Source of the DNA: Octopus sinensis
Taxonomy: Eukaryota
NCBI RefSeq assembly: GCF_006345805.1
Contig: NC_042997.1
Location: 111,972,001-112,036,000 of the forward strand
Direction: 5' to 3'
Length of the DNA stretch: 64,000 bases
Shown here: positions 39,813 through 53,494 of the stretch, piece by piece
How positions within the stretch are numbered: the first letter of the stretch is position 1
Layout: each line of letters begins with the position of its first letter
The notes under the pieces: model-generated
Seen by the model: the letters and a program-made list of their open reading frames with translations, nothing else
Databases searched by the model: none
What the model was told of the DNA's origin: nothing
Translations under genes and position numbers: made by a program

Positions 39813-40044
39813 TTGAATTAACTCCGTAGAGGATTTAATTTCGTACCTTCGTGCTCGGAATTCAAAACTTCTTAAAGCTGATTAAATAAGCATTGGCATT
39901 TTACTAGCCAATTCAATCGGGTAATAATCCTCTCTCTGATTTTTGTCTAATCGAATGAAACCAACATTAGAAATAACAATCTCCATTAAGGTAACAAAAG
40001 GCGTGTAGAAATCGATATAGTGAAACACTCCAAAGTATTCTCTC

Positions 40045-40080
40045 GTTCGGAAGAAGGAAAAATATCCGAAACGTTAGAAC
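40045..40080 (+). ncRNA. Degenerate minimal hammerhead motif (family D)
   Basis: CgGAAGA-A-GGA(AAAAUA)UCC-GAAA-CG-UU|AGAAC; U4 changed to G, weak stem I. Confidence 0.35.
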
Positions 40081-40409
40081 TTTTTATTCTCCATTGGAAA
40101 TAGACCTACTGAAATCTTCTACAACTGAAGTTGCTGTTGTGAGAGTAAATATTTGTATTACAGAAACTGTAACAAGTGAGGTGTAACAAATGAAGTCATT
40201 TTTAGATGTAATGGAATGAATTAACGAAATAAAGTCTATACTTTATACAGATTTCATTCAACGAATTGAAAGAAAATATAAAAGTTTGTATTGTGAAAAA
40301 AGGAGGGTTTACGTGGAAAATCTCATGTCCAGTCCTTATGTAATCAGCTTCAAAGTGTGTGAAAGTAGAAAGGTAAAAAGGGGCAAGACTTTCGAGAAAG
40401 AAGTTTGTT

Positions 40410-40804
40410 AATGTGTGTGTTCTTGCATGAGTTTGTTTATATGTATGTGTATTGTGTGCGTGTGTGTGTGTGTGTGCCTGCTGTATGTGTGTGTTTGCGT
40501 GTGTTGTGTGTGTGCGTTTGCGTGTATTGTGTGTGTGTCTGTGCGTGTGCGTGTATGTGTGCGTGTGCGTATGTGTGCATGTGAGTGTGTCTGTTGTGTG
40601 TGTGTGTGTGTGTGTGTGTGTTAGTGCATGTTTCTTTGCGTATGTGCGAGTGTGTGCCTACTGTGTGTGTGTGTGTTTGTGTGTGTTGTGTGTGTGTGTA
40701 TCTGTGCGTGTCTTTGCGTATGTGTTGTGTGTGTGTGCATGTGTGTGTGTGCGCGCGCGTATGTGTGTCTGTTGTGTGTGAGTGTGTGTATATGTGTGTC
40801 ATTT

Positions 40805-40838
<34 letters not shown>

Positions 40839-40880
40839 GTGTGTGTGTGTGTGTATTGTATGTGTGCTTGTGTCTGCGCA
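40410..40880. repeat. Degenerate (TG)n microsatellite
   Basis: Visible. Confidence 0.95.
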
Positions 40881-41306
40881 CAGAAAATAATTCTCGGCAA
40901 AGTTGCTTAAGGTGACAGAAGTAAATTCCAAGTAACTGAAGGAACACTCTGCCGTTTACAGGTTATCTTGACTATCTACCTGTGTAAAAACAGAACTAGG
41001 TCACTGAAATTACTATTGAATAGACTCATCTTGAGTTCAGTCCTGTTCAATCAAAGATGATGGCGAATTTAACAGGTTAAACAAATCGATTTTCAATACA
41101 CAATCAGAGAAGAAAGGAATCGAACGTGAAGACTGAGGTTTCGATCTTTTGGTTACGAATCCGTTGTACATGTCCTACAAAACAAAACAACCACAAACAA
41201 CAGAAAAGTATAAAATTAAAGTTGAAATAACGACGTTTCTAATGGAAGTAAAAGAATTGACACCGATAAATTAACGGAAGGTGCACGAGACAATTATGAA
41301 GAATCA

Positions 41307-41501
<195 letters not shown>

Positions 41502-41827
41502 TTACAAAAAGGTTTCAAATTGAAAAGACTGGAACCGATGAGATTGAAAGCAACCATTAAATGAGTACGTAGTAATTAAAATGGTCGTCTGTTTATGAAT
41601 GGAAGACTTGATATTAAATGGTAATGGATGGTTTTATATTCATGTATTGTTCACGATGCGAGACTGCTGGACAGGTGTTGGTGTAGAATGTAATATACTA
41701 ATAATAATGTATTGGATAAATGGGAATTGTGAGATAAAGCGAAAATTTGTCGTCGGTAAATCAGAATGAAAAATTAGTAGCAGACGATACTGACAAATGG
41801 TGGATATTTACAGTGTTTAAGATAGTA

Positions 41828-42142
41828 AACTGGCAATCTGTCAGTTACGAAGAGAAGGGTTCCAGTTGATCCGATCGGCAGAATAGCCTGTTCGTGAAAT
41901 TAACGTGCAAGTGGCTGAGCACTCCACAGAATCGCGTGCCCTTAACGTAGTTCTTAGGGAGATTCAGCGTGGCACACAATGTGACAAAGCTGCCCTTCTT
42001 CGAATTACTGGTTCAACTCATTTTCACCAGCTGAGTGGACTGGAGCAACATAAGATAAAGGACACGACTCGCCGCCAGGAATAGGACCCACGATCTTACG
42101 ATCGCGAGGCGAATACCCCAACCACAAAGCCACGCGCCTTAA
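41828..42142 (-). mobile_element. SINE family S3, full length
   Basis: tRNA-like head at the right end (reverse complement TAAGGCGCGTGGCTTTGTGG...GGTCCTATTCC). Confidence 0.8.
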
Positions 42143-42470
42143 GATATTTGATAGCATAAAAATATCTCTTGGTTAAAGTCATAGCGACCTACGTAGGTAT
42201 TGAAGTGAAATCTTGCACAGGGAGAGAGGAACGAAGAAAACTCCCCCACCGATAAATGTATTTAACTATCACCGTCACTATTGCTTGTCTCTTCATTCTC
42301 TCTGTTTTTACTGTTCCTCGCTGTTTCATGCTTTATTCCAGTCGAAATCATTTTTACTCGAGTTACAGGTGGACACCGAAGACAGACGAAGATAGCTATT
42401 GAAAAAGTACCTTTCTTTATAGGTAGCATACGGTTACTATTGTAAAGAGAGGCACAGTAAACACTTTGAT

Positions 42471-43441
42471 CAGGCGTGGGGAAACTCCCGCTCGCAGGCG
42501 CAATTGCACCCGTAGGCCGATATACTCGTATGTACAAAATATAACTTTTTCAATTATGAAATTTATACAATATTCCTATTTTTTTTCTTTGTAGTTTAAG
42601 CTCAGAGCTGTGGCCATGCTGGAGCACCGTCGTTTCACAACACTGTTATTATTGAGAGCCTCCTCTAATATGTGGCACTTGGTGAAGTATGGAGTTTGAT
42701 GTAGCTACCCTCATCTGCACCTCCTGCCTTGAGGTAGGTTCATCTGGGATTCTCGACAGGAAGAGGTCCAGCTTTGATTTTAAAACGCCTACATCCACTT
42801 TGTGTAGGTTCCTCGGGCTCTTTGGGAGAATATTAAAAAGCTGTGGGCCCCTGAAACCCAGGCTGTTGCAGTAACTGGTCCTGAAGTGTGATGGCATTGC
42901 TGGGATCTTTGGCGCTATGCAGTGTTGACCCGTTCTGGCATTGGTGTAGCTTTCAATGTCAAAATTTGGCACAATTCCTTCCAGAATCTTCCAGATGTTT
43001 ATTACTGCATTCATCTCCCGCCTTCGCTCCAGGGAGTAGAGTCTTAGCTGTAGAGACGTCGATCGCGTTTCCACTACGACTTAAAATGCTTAGAATCGAA
43101 CAGAAATCGTCCGGTAATTGCCATTTGAATGGAAATTTTTCTTTCGCTATAAAACACATATTACTAAGTTTGTACCACCCCCTTGAGACCCAACTACACT
43201 CTAGCTGAAAGAAATAGAATACCTCATAAGTAATATAAACGTCCTAAATTCAGTGGCGGCTTTAATGAAGATGTTATGCATTAATTTAATGTGTTAAACT
43301 TATCTTTATTAATGCATATCGCATTATACATAGATATATACAAGATTTACACAGATATAAGAGTTAGAACTTGTGATCCGCCCGAGGACCTTTTGCTTTG
43401 GAAATTTTTGCCCGCCGCACTAAAAAGTTTCCCCACCCCTG
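42471..43441. mobile_element. hAT (Charlie-like) non-autonomous element containing a CR1 fragment
   Basis: TIRs CAGGCGTGGGGAAACT / AGTTTCCCCACCCCTG (15/16); TSD-like ACTTTGAT / GCCTTGAT. Confidence 0.75.
42640..43085 (-). mobile_element. CR1-clade LINE 3' end (second subfamily)
   Basis: LRLYSLERRRE...IWKILEGIVPN...RGPQLFNILPK..RNL...KSKLDLFLSRIPDEP. Confidence 0.88.
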
Positions 43442-44368
43442 GCCTTGATGAATATGTTTACCTATTTCTTTTGGTACCAACCTATCTGAAGCTACCCTGG
43501 TCTTTGTGATACGTGTTCACTGTGTTAATTCAAATTAAAGCCTTCTACCAAACATTTTATGTTAATTTATGTTCCAAACACAATATTCTTCATTATTTTA
43601 AAAATCATTTGAAACAAAGGTAGTGTGTCTCTTCGGGAATATGTTAACAGAAGAGTTAAAGTGATCTAAATTGAAACTACTTTCTATCAAAATCTATTAA
43701 TTTATATTTCAAACAGCAGCTTAAATAAATGACGATGTTATTTCACAAAATTCTTCGATATTTTCAAAATGGTTTGAAACAAGGACAGATTATTTTAACA
43801 GAAATGGAGAAACGAAAGTGTTTTAAAGATGTTGGGTAGATTGTATGCTTTTTTTCGTTATTGAAAAGATAGAAAGACAACTTGCAAATCGATATTTCAG
43901 AATCTTTGTTTTCTAATTTAAAGTCAATTGAAAGAACAAATGGTTGTAAATCAATTCCTGGAATATTACAGGGCTGGGATGTAATGATGTCTTGCTGGGT
44001 TTTGAACCATAGTTCTCAGAATTTCGCAACGTCTCCACGAATATGGCCCGACCAATCAGCACTAGCAAACCTGTTGTGATTGATGCGGCAAACTACAAAA
44101 GAAGTGTACCAGTTCTACCACCAAATAGCTTGATCGAAGGTTCTGGAACGTTTGGCTTATAGTTATAAAAATCAGCGAATTTAACCTCAGATTAGAACCA
44201 CTTAGCATTCCACATGAATCTATGTCTCCCTTTCACTTTTTACTTAACATTCATGGGTCGTATTCGACAAAAGGCACCAATCTTGAATTGTAATTCCAAA
44301 TAGCGCACAATGAATATACGCAGTAGATGTAACTCTTTCTACTTATTTCGTCTTCAAGAACTATGAAC

Positions 44369-44563
44369 CATTTAAGGCAGCGGGCAAAATGCTTTGCAGC
44401 CTTCGTCCGTCTTTACGTTGTGAGTTCAAATTCCACCGAGGTCGACTTTGCCTTTCGTCCTTTCGGCGTCGATAAAAAAAGTGCCAGTTGAGCACTGGGG
44501 TCGATGTAATCGACTTACCCCTTTCCCCGAAATTGCTGGCCTCTGCCAAAATTTATAATCAAC
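44369..44563 (+). mobile_element. SINE S1 with 10-bp TSD
   Basis: AACTATGAAC at 44359-44368 and 44564-44573. Confidence 0.85.
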
Positions 44564-45868
44564 AACTATGAACTACTTTCATAATATTAATCTTGTATGT
44601 TGTAGTGCGAAAGATTCCTTCCTATGATGTTTGTTTTATGTACGATGTTCCATGAAATCATTTCTATGAACACATTTTAATATAATATAAAAATAAATGA
44701 TGCGGGTTAATTAGTATATATGAAAACTCAAACAGATATTAGCGTGGCTGGTCATTCCTGACTTCACACAGAGCTTACAAAGTATTGTGAAATACAAACG
44801 AAGAATTTTTGACTAAATACCACAGAAAGGATAGAATACTGAAGCGTAAACAGAATATTGTCTGCAAATATGAAGAAGGTAGATTCAGCAGGGAGGCATT
44901 GAATAAAGAACAGGCGACACTCGGGGAGCGATGGTGGGTAGGCAGCAGATCATTCAACTTTGTTGTAGAACAAGGAAAATCGATTCTTCTGCTAAATTGA
45001 TGTCTTCACACTCAACTTCAGTCGTTGAAATAATCCTACCTGGATTTAATGGTTTTGCCTCTCATCTTTACGCTGTGATAACAGATTCGTTTACACTGCG
45101 ATAAGAGAGTTCAAATGAAGATCAATGAATTCAGATGATTCGTCATCGGTGAACTCTCCTGTCGCAGTCGACAGGTGACGCTTGCACAAATTCTCACTGA
45201 ACAACCAGCACCAATGATTTGTTTATAATGAACAAATGTTTGTGCTGTTCGTTAGCTCACTCTCTCCATCAAATTGACATTGCGTGCGCAGGTGCATAGT
45301 GTTCCCCATGTCAGATGTCGAAATGATCTCAGAGCAGCATGACACGAAGTGTCTTGCTCCAGAATACAATGCTCTGCTCGATACGGGAACTGAAACCACG
45401 ATCTTACGATCACGAGTGAAAAATAACTACAAGGCTAATCATTAACGTGGTGATAACAATTGCAAGCGATAGATATGTAGAACGACCGTGCGAAAGGAAA
45501 TGGCGACGAATGAATGTCTCCTTTTAAACGCCGCACGGTCGCCTTACAATAAAAGCCAAAAAAGAATAAGATAATACAAGTGCCAAGAAAGAATAAGGAA
45601 GACGACACAACCGTAGAATGTAAGAGAAAGGTTTTATTCAGGTGTTGACATGTGGGTAGCAGAGTGTATGTCTGTGTGTTCGTGAGTGCGACATATAATA
45701 AGAAACAATAAGACAGGCCGTCAAACATACAATGGGTGTACAAACAAGGTGTATGCGTGTGAGATAAAATACAGAGCATAGAAATGAGTCTCTCAGGATG
45801 CTAAAAGTAGATACGACAAGATGTAGATAAATACCAGTTCGTAGTAATGAACGCAATAGTAATAGTTC

Positions 45869-46578
45869 TGTAACAATGAGGTCGAGGTCACGAGGCAGAG
45901 GCCGGTTGAATACATGTCGTGTAGCGGTTGTGGCTTCAATGCTGTGCCGGGTTACTTGGTACAGAAGGATCTCGCAGGTAGGGCTAGCTGTTAACCTTGG
46001 TGTGTATTCACAAACAGCGTGTAGTTAAACCTAGGCGAAATGGCTGTGTACGTAGACATGTTAGTGGTGTCGATAAGCTGAAGGCGACGGTGGTGGAGGC
46101 GACGTTAAGGTGAAGACAACGGTCGTGGAGGCGACGTTAAGGTCAAGGTAACGGTGGAGAATATCCTGAAATGCTGCTGGTATTGGTGTCCCGGTCTGTC
46201 GCTGGAACATGGCTGAGTCGCTGGAACTGGCTGTCTGCTCTGTGTTCAGAGGTTAGTCTTAAGAAGGACTAGAACCAAAGACAAACGATTCGATGAATCG
46301 CTGTGTTTTATAACAATCTAGAGACTCCAGAAGAAAACCTAGATGACAGTGTCACGGGACCTTATCAGAGGGTTGCAATTGGTTGGTTTACACATTGGCA
46401 CGAAATAAAGCAAGAGACAAACTGCACCAAAACCAACCAATCAGAGTAGTGGACACAACAGGGCCTAAGCGGCCGAAAGCTAACTGTTATCTGCTACGTC
46501 CGTATTTGTGTTATATATGTCAGAGAGAGAGAGAGAGAGGATTTCACTAAGGGTCCCCTACAGATATATACTCTTACA
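45869..46578. mobile_element. Solo-LTR-like segment
   Basis: TGTAA...TTACA inverted termini, GC-richer than the flanks; internal 32-bp-period repeat GTGGAGGCGACGTTAAGGT (46093, 46125); on the minus strand CCAAT boxes are followed by TATAAA; no TSD. Confidence 0.5.
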
Positions 46579-46649
46579 ATGGCGTCAATCGTTGAACTGT
46601 GGCCAGGCTATGACGTCTTCATGAAAGGTTTTAAGTGATCATATCATAT

Positions 46650-47270
46650 GAAGTTTCTTTGCTGTTTAGTCTAAGTCGAATCATCCGACGTCCAGAGTTA
46701 CATCCTTTATACAATAGTGACTGGTCACGTGGTTTTTTTAAAGTTTTAACAACCAAATGACAGGTTTTGAGCAGGCAGCGGATTGAGCTAGATTTTCGTG
46801 GACAAATTCGCTTAAATATTGGGGAATCGTAGCTACGAGCCATTTTACTGGCGACTGAACTTGTTACAACCTCAATATGACATAGACGCAGGATGCTGGT
46901 GCATGCACGAATCGGAAAATACTTCAACAGCAATTTGAGAAGAATTCTAGTCTCTGAAGACCTGCAATTCTCATAAAAAGCGTTTTACATAAAAATAGGT
47001 TGGGATCCGTTAGTTCCTTGTAGACACAACATATTTCTGAAATCGAATTTCTTGTCTGCATCGGAGATAGTGTAAGTTTTGATTGAAAACCATTGGAGAC
47101 ATAACCAATACACATATCGATATTGTGCTTGCCTTTTCCCGGCCGAAACAAAACTACAACCAAAGTAGTTGAACTGCCCGATTTCTTCAATATTTTTTCC
47201 TTTGATAGTAACAAATAGTCTTTCCACCCCTCTATAGGTTACTTCAACGATTTTTTTTCCAATTTGAAAT
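46650..47270 (-). pseudogene. Very old RTE-like LINE relic
   Basis: VTIKGKNIEEIGQFNYFGC (RT thumb IE.V..F.YLG-like), KTYTISDADKK and GRRMIRLRLNSKE resemble RTE C-terminal motifs across frameshifts. Confidence 0.5.
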
Positions 47271-47760
47271 TGGTTCATTCTAATTCAAACTGGAAATATT
47301 CTCTTCTAAGTCCATATAAGTAACGAAGGTGAATTTTTGTTAACTTCGAGAGCCATATGATCCACAAAGAAAGACTCCATTTAAATACAGTTTATTCATT
47401 ACTTAAAAAACGCTGGGAAGTAATTACAACCTTGAAGGAGACCAAATAGAGAAAAAAAAACTTCTCTCATTTGATTCGTACAGTATTGTGTTCAACCCAA
47501 GGCTTAATTGTTTACAATAAAACCGCTGGAATGATTTTAAATAGTCTTCGCCACTCTAAAAGGAACGAATCTCACGAGGGCCACAGTGTACGTGAGTATG
47601 TATTAGTTAATCTGGATTAGTTAGCAGATATTATCTAGTTGAATATTAGTCAAAATCAGAAGATAAATTCATACACATACACACACGCACACACATAATA
47701 TAATGTAATATAATATAAAATAATATAATGTAATATAATATTATATAATATAATACAATG

Positions 47761-48766
47761 TTTATATATATATAAAACTGAGAATGTGTGTCTGTGCCTG
47801 TGTGTTTCCCTAAAACTTGAGAACTACACAACCAATTTCATTCAAATTTTACACATGCCTTACTTAGAGTCCGGGGAGTGTCATCGGCAAAACATTTTTT
47901 AAACTTTTTGCCTAGGGCGAGCCCACAGCAATATCATATCTTCTCCACTGCGATTCCCTAAAACTTGAGAACTACACAACCAATTTCATTCAAATCTTAC
48001 ACATGCCTTACTTAGGGTCCATGTAGTTTCATTGGTAAAAAATGTTCGACTTCTTGCCTAGAGCGAGCCCATAGCAATATCATATCTTCTCCACTATTTC
48101 AGTATTACGTGTTAAAAGTGAAACAAAACATTTCTCTATTTTATGTCAGATGCTTTCACTTTAACAATAAAAATGATAATAACAATTGAATTATATGTAG
48201 TAAGTAATAATTAAAATCAAACTAAAGTATAATATAATCGTAACATAACAAAAGTAAAAATAGCAATTGGTATAAAATTGCATCAATGACTTGAACTTGA
48301 ATAAGTGGTTTCACATGAATGGGAATAAATTAAAAATAAAATTAGCGTGCAGAAATGGAATAGTCCAGATGGATAATAAAAAATTAAATTAAAGAAAAGA
48401 CTATTGTCTATAAAGTATACAATGTAGAGAAAAAACAAGATTTGAACATCTGGAGGAAAGCACCATCGAGAAGTGTCTTGGTGCGACTATGAAAGATATC
48501 TAACCAGAGGCGGTAAATTCGCCACAATAGAAGCAAGGTTCGAGTCAACGGAGCGTGCAAGGGAGTACTCGACTCGAACTTGCAAAGTGGAAATATTTTA
48601 TTTTTACCTTTATATCTGGGACGTAGGACGTCCCGGAAAAAAATTTTTAATGCCCCCCCACCCCGAAGTAGAGGTAGGTTGGATTGTAGCCACACTTCTA
48701 TACAAGAGGGAGGACAAGATACAATTGATCGAAATTACAAGAGACAGGCTAACAATTCCAGTCTGT
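47761..48766 (+). mobile_element. Helitron family X, copy 3
   Basis: Near-identical to 35479-36486 including the internal tandem duplication; homology stops at CCAGTCTGT. Confidence 0.85.
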
Positions 48767-48894
48767 GAATAAAATAATATTGCACAATTCCAGCAAAATT
48801 CCGGTTTCTTTTGCGCAAACTTCGTGTACACTGGCCAAAATAAGTTTAAATTAGAAATTTACGGCACTAATGAGCAATGAACAAAAATTTATTA

Positions 48895-49921
48895 TTAGTA
48901 TTGAGCTCCGTAGCCATTATTTTCAATTAGGGCCTTACAACGGCGGGACATGGAGTTCGACAAATGAGCAAAAAATCACTTGGAATGTTCTGCCATATTT
49001 CTTCAATAAAATTATATAATTGGGACAAATTTGCTGGTTTTTTAGCATGAACTCTTTTAGAAAAATAATTCCATAAATTTTCTATCGGATTCAAATCCGG
49101 TCTCTGCAGAGGCCACTCAATAACCACCATATTATTACGCTCAGAATATTTCAAAACTTACCTAGCCATATGAACGGGGCAATTGCCCTACTGGAAAACA
49201 GATCCCATGGCATCTGATCATTTAAATATGGCAGCACATTTTCATTTATTAATTGCAGGTAGCCTACACTGTTTGGTCTGCCATCAACTGAACCAACACC
49301 TAAGCTGCTGAGCGCGGGCCGCACCATTAACACCCTCCCCCCCACACACACGCCACCTGCTTGCGCCGTTTTCTTGACATGTTTAGGATAGAATTCTTCA
49401 GTTGGACGGCGTCTAACATAAATCATTCCGTCTGATCCAAAGATGCAGAAGCAGGATTCGTCGCTCCAAAGAACTTTTGGCCAGTCTTCAGCCGTCCATT
49501 CCATATGGCTTTTAGCAAACTTGATCCGCTTCCGCCGGTTCGTCTCAAAATTATCGGCTTCCTTCGAGCGATCCAACCGAACAGTTCAAATTCTTTTAAG
49601 CGGTTTCTGACAGTTTATGATGTAAAGCTTATGCCAGTTTCATCAGATAATTGCTTGCAAATGTCCACTGCTGTTAGCATTCGGTTACCTTCAGAGAGCC
49701 TACGAATTCGCCAATCCATCAGTACAGTTTTTTTTTGCCAGAGTGCCCGTTCTTTGCCAATCTTTGTATTGGCCAGTGGCTTGGTAAAGCTTCAATGCTT
49801 GAACACAAACCGTTTTGCTGCATCATAATTGCTTGTTAATATTCATGAAGGGCACATATTGCTGATGAAGCAACACGATCTTTGATCTAGTAACTGGGCA
49901 GAAACTACAATGCTTTCCCAT
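48895..49921 (-). pseudogene. Tc1-family (DD34E) transposase pseudogene
   Basis: MGKH..SKIVLLH HTH region, KVLWSDES, WPLQRPDLNPIENLW, SMSRRCKALIENNGYGAQY*; several frameshifts and stops; TA|CACTGGCC putative TIR at 48829, other end not found. Confidence 0.92.
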
Positions 49922-50305
49922 AGCGAATTAATGTGTAACAATGGTAGATTATTAAACAAAACAGTGCAGTACGACCAGCCATATGACCACTCAAGAGTAA
50001 AAAAGAGAGACAGGCAGACGGAGAGAAAAAAGGAAAATGCCCCTTGCATTTGAAAACTATGGAAATATATTTTTTTAAAAATTTCATTTAATTTTTCCCC
50101 AATTTAATTGTTTTGCATGCTTTACTCTAAGTTGAAAAAGTCGCAAAGTCTGAAACCGGTACTAAAATGTTCTTCATAATAAAATTATTTTAGCATTTTC
50201 TACCTTGTCCTATTTTCCTTATACATATCAACTCGTGTGTCACTTTTCAACCTTCTACACGCACACACACACACATATATATACATATATATATATATAA
50301 TATAT

Positions 50306-50348
<43 letters not shown>

Positions 50349-50724
50349 AATTACGCGCGCGCACACGCACTCACACATACGCACACACACACAAACGCAC
50401 ATACACGCACACATACATACGCGCGCGCACACACACAAACCCACACACTCACACACTATAAAAACCCCATAAATTTAATCGTGGCTGTCCACTCACGAGC
50501 GAGTATACTTTGGTAACTTGTACGATACTTTCGTTAACTGCTTCAGATTGTTATGTAGTCACAGGCAGACATGGGCATCATTACGGTCACCTCACCATTG
50601 ACAGTGTGAAATACGCAAAATATAACAGCTGGAGGGAATAGGAGAAAGAGAGGGAGTGGGAGAGAGGGAGAGGGAAAGGGCTGCACCAGTACTAGACTGG
50701 TACTTATTTACGGCTAAGTAGACT

Positions 50725-51372
50725 GGACGGCCGATGACAGTACCACCTGATTGGCACTCGTGCCAGTGGAACATTAAAAGCACATCCGAACGTGGGGTGT
50801 AACTGGCCCACTTATGAGTACCCCCAATTCATTGGACAATGAACTTTGCTTGTGAAGACCTATTGAGGCAAATGAAATCAAAATCGCTGACATGGCCGAT
50901 GACAGATACGCCTGATTAGCACTCGTGCCAGTAGAACGTTAAAAGCATATATGAGTGTGATCGTTGCCTGGGCCACGGATTGACTCCCGTGCCAGTGACA
51001 TGTGAAATGCACCACTCGAGTGTGATCGTTGCCAGTGTTGCTTTACCGGCACATGTGCTGGTGGTACATGAAAAACAACATTCGAGCGTGGTTGTTGCCA
51101 GTGCCGCTGGACTGGATCCCGTGCAAGTAGCATGTAAAAACACCTTTTCAGCATGGTTGTTGTCAGAACTGCCTGACTGACCCTCATGCCAGAATCACGT
51201 AAAAGCACCCACTATACTCTCAGAGTGGGTGGCGTTAGGAAGGGCATCCAGCTGTAGAAACTTTGCCAGATTAGATTGAGCCTGGTGCAGTCCTCACCAG
51301 TCCTCAGTCAAACCATCCAACCCATGCCAGCATGGAAAGCAGACGTTAAATGATGATGATGATGATGATGAT
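50725..51372 (+). mobile_element. RTE-family LINE 3' UTR copy
   Basis: Imperfect ~45-50-bp units, AGGAAGGGCATCCAGCTGTAGAAAC, ends GTTAAATGATGATGAT; same family as 60165-60935. Confidence 0.8.
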
Positions 51373-51714
51373 GTATGTATTTATGTGTGTGTATGCATGT
51401 GTGTATTTGTGTGTGTGTATGAATGTATGTTTCCTTGGGATTTATTCTGAGGTTCTTTTGCTTTGCAGAATTCAAACTGGTCACTTAACAAAGTAATGAA
51501 GCTCTTTTGCTTAAGTTAATTGGTCGACGCACACACTTATGTTGTTGTTTGTTCCTTCTTGAGTCATGCCTGGCTCATAAGGGCCAGTTTTCCAGTTTCA
51601 TTGGTGTATATGCTACCCACCTGGTTGGAATGTCATCTGTTGCTGGTGAGGTGTTAAATGCAGGGTTAGGGTTAGATGCAGGAGGAAAGAGTAAGAGAAA
51701 GTTGTGAAAGAGTC

Positions 51715-51840
51715 AGCAGAAGTTCGCCATTACCTTCTGCTAGAGTCGCGTGGAGCTTAGGTATTTCGCTCGTAAACACATCACCCGGTCTGAGATTCGA
51801 ACCCATGATCCCTTGACTGTGAGTTCACTGCTCTAACCAC
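51715..51840 (-). mobile_element. SINE S4
   Basis: Reverse-complement homologue of 32628-32720. Confidence 0.7.
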
Positions 51841-51880
51841 GTTTTTTTTTATATTCTCTCTTTGTTTATTTCCTCTTATT

Positions 51881-51918
51881 CCTTTCTGTCGAAGAGTGTT
51901 GGTTTGGAATGTAAAAGA
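51881..51918 (+). ncRNA. Decayed family B hammerhead motif
   Basis: CCTTT-CTGTCGA-AGAGtGTtGGtTt-GgAAtGTA-AAAGA, homologous to 7187-7224. Confidence 0.4.
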
Positions 51919-52159
51919 CTTTTCCATTTTTCCAGGGAGTCAAACTATTACACTTGTTTGTTGTTTATACACCTGTTTTCATCTTTTGTTTTTCTACAAT
52001 TTCAACTGTAGGCACAGGCATGGCTGTGTGGTAAGAAGCTTGCTACCCATCCACATGGTTCCAGGTTCAGTCCCACTGCATGGCACCTTGGGTAAGTGTC
52101 TCAGGCCAACCAAACCTTTGTGAGCAGATTTGGTAGACAGAGCCTGAAAAAAGCCTGTA

Positions 52160-52199
<40 letters not shown>

Positions 52200-52378
52200 T
52201 TCGGTTATAAAATGAGATAGGGGTTGAAAATTCAACCCACCATGGGATAACATATATCCAATATACTGCTAGAGAGGTACCCAACAAGACTAATACATAA
52301 ATGTTAAAAATTGCCAAGCAATTAGTTCATCTACTGTATTATGTGGGCAAAGGTAAAAATATTACCGTAAATTAATAC

Positions 52379-52818
52379 TACAAAATTAGAAAATGGAGAA
52401 ACATACTTAAATCAATCAAACATCAACCATCAGATGATACCCAATCAATACTTTATTACACCATTACATAACAGTAAAGGCATTATACAAAATATATTAT
52501 AAATATAATTAGACAAGGAAATAGAAATATAAAATATAAAATATAATATGTAATTATATCATATCTGACAGCTGTTTCGGCAGAAAAGGCAAGCATGCCT
52601 CATTTAACCTATAAGCCATATAAGGCAGGTATAAATGAGACATTAACAAGGATGCCCCACGGCCTCTTCAGAGAATTTAATTTATTATAAGTGTGAAAAA
52701 AAAAAAAAATTTTTTTTTAAATACATATAAATATAAAAATATAAAGTATTGATTGGGTATCATCTGATGGTTGATGTTTGATTGATTTAAGCATGTTTCT
52801 CCATTTTCTAATTTTGTA
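52379..52818. repeat. 78-bp inverted repeat (52379-52456 / 52741-52818, 1 mismatch) flanking the hammerhead
   Basis: Direct base-by-base comparison. Confidence 0.95.
52564..52674 (-). ncRNA. Type I hammerhead ribozyme with extended stem II (family E)
   Basis: UCU-CUGAAGA-GGC[~80-nt hairpin]GCC-GAAA-CAGCUG-UC|AGA; intact core, ACAGCUGU palindrome, GUC triplet. Confidence 0.8.
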
Positions 52819-52861
<43 letters not shown>

Positions 52862-53089
52862 GTCATGCACACACACACACATATATATATATGTATGTAT
52901 ATATTTGTGTGTCTGTGTTTGTCTCCTTATCATTGCTTGACAACCGATGTTGGTGTATTTACCTCCCCGTTACTTAGCAGTTCAGCAAAACAGACCAATA
53001 GGCTCACAAGAATAAGTTCTGGGGTTGATTTGTTCACTTAAAGGTAGCTCTCCAGCATGGCCACAGTCAAATGACTGAAATAAGTAAAG

Positions 53090-53127
<38 letters not shown>

Positions 53128-53140
53128 ATATATATATATT

Positions 53141-53300
53141 GTTCTATATTTAAGAGATGAGGAATTATTTACATTATTACATTATTTACATTTGACGGAT
53201 ATTTGTCCTCATCTTGTTTGTTGTTAATGCAACATTTTGGCTGATATACCCTCCAACCTTCATCAGGTGTCTTGGGGAAATTTCGAACCTGGGTTCTCAT
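53141..53300 (-). mobile_element. Hammerhead-bearing repeat unit, family A, copy 3 (CpG-decayed)
   Basis: GACAC-CUGAUGA-A-GGuUG..CAGCC-aAAA-uGUU at 53226-53271. Confidence 0.85.
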
Positions 53301-53494
53301 GTATGTATGTATGTATGTGTGTATGTATGTATGTATGTGTGTATGTATGTATGTATGTATGTATGTGTGTATGTATGTATGTTTGTATGTATGTATGTAT
53401 GTATGTATGTATGTATGTATAAGTGCAGATTTGTATTTTTGCTTTATGTATGTATTCTCATGTATATAGCTACATATCTAAACATGCTCATATG

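Larger units (their letters stand above)
52010..53090 (+). mobile_element. SINE S2 split by a family E insertion in its central (TA)n
   Basis: Head 52010-52165, tail 52900-53090, intervening 52200-52820. Confidence 0.75.

Noticed and set aside
50900-51230. Regularly spaced ~45-bp repeats resembling a CRISPR array
   Set aside because: Eukaryotic context, imperfect units without unique spacers, no cas genes, and part of the RTE 3' UTR.
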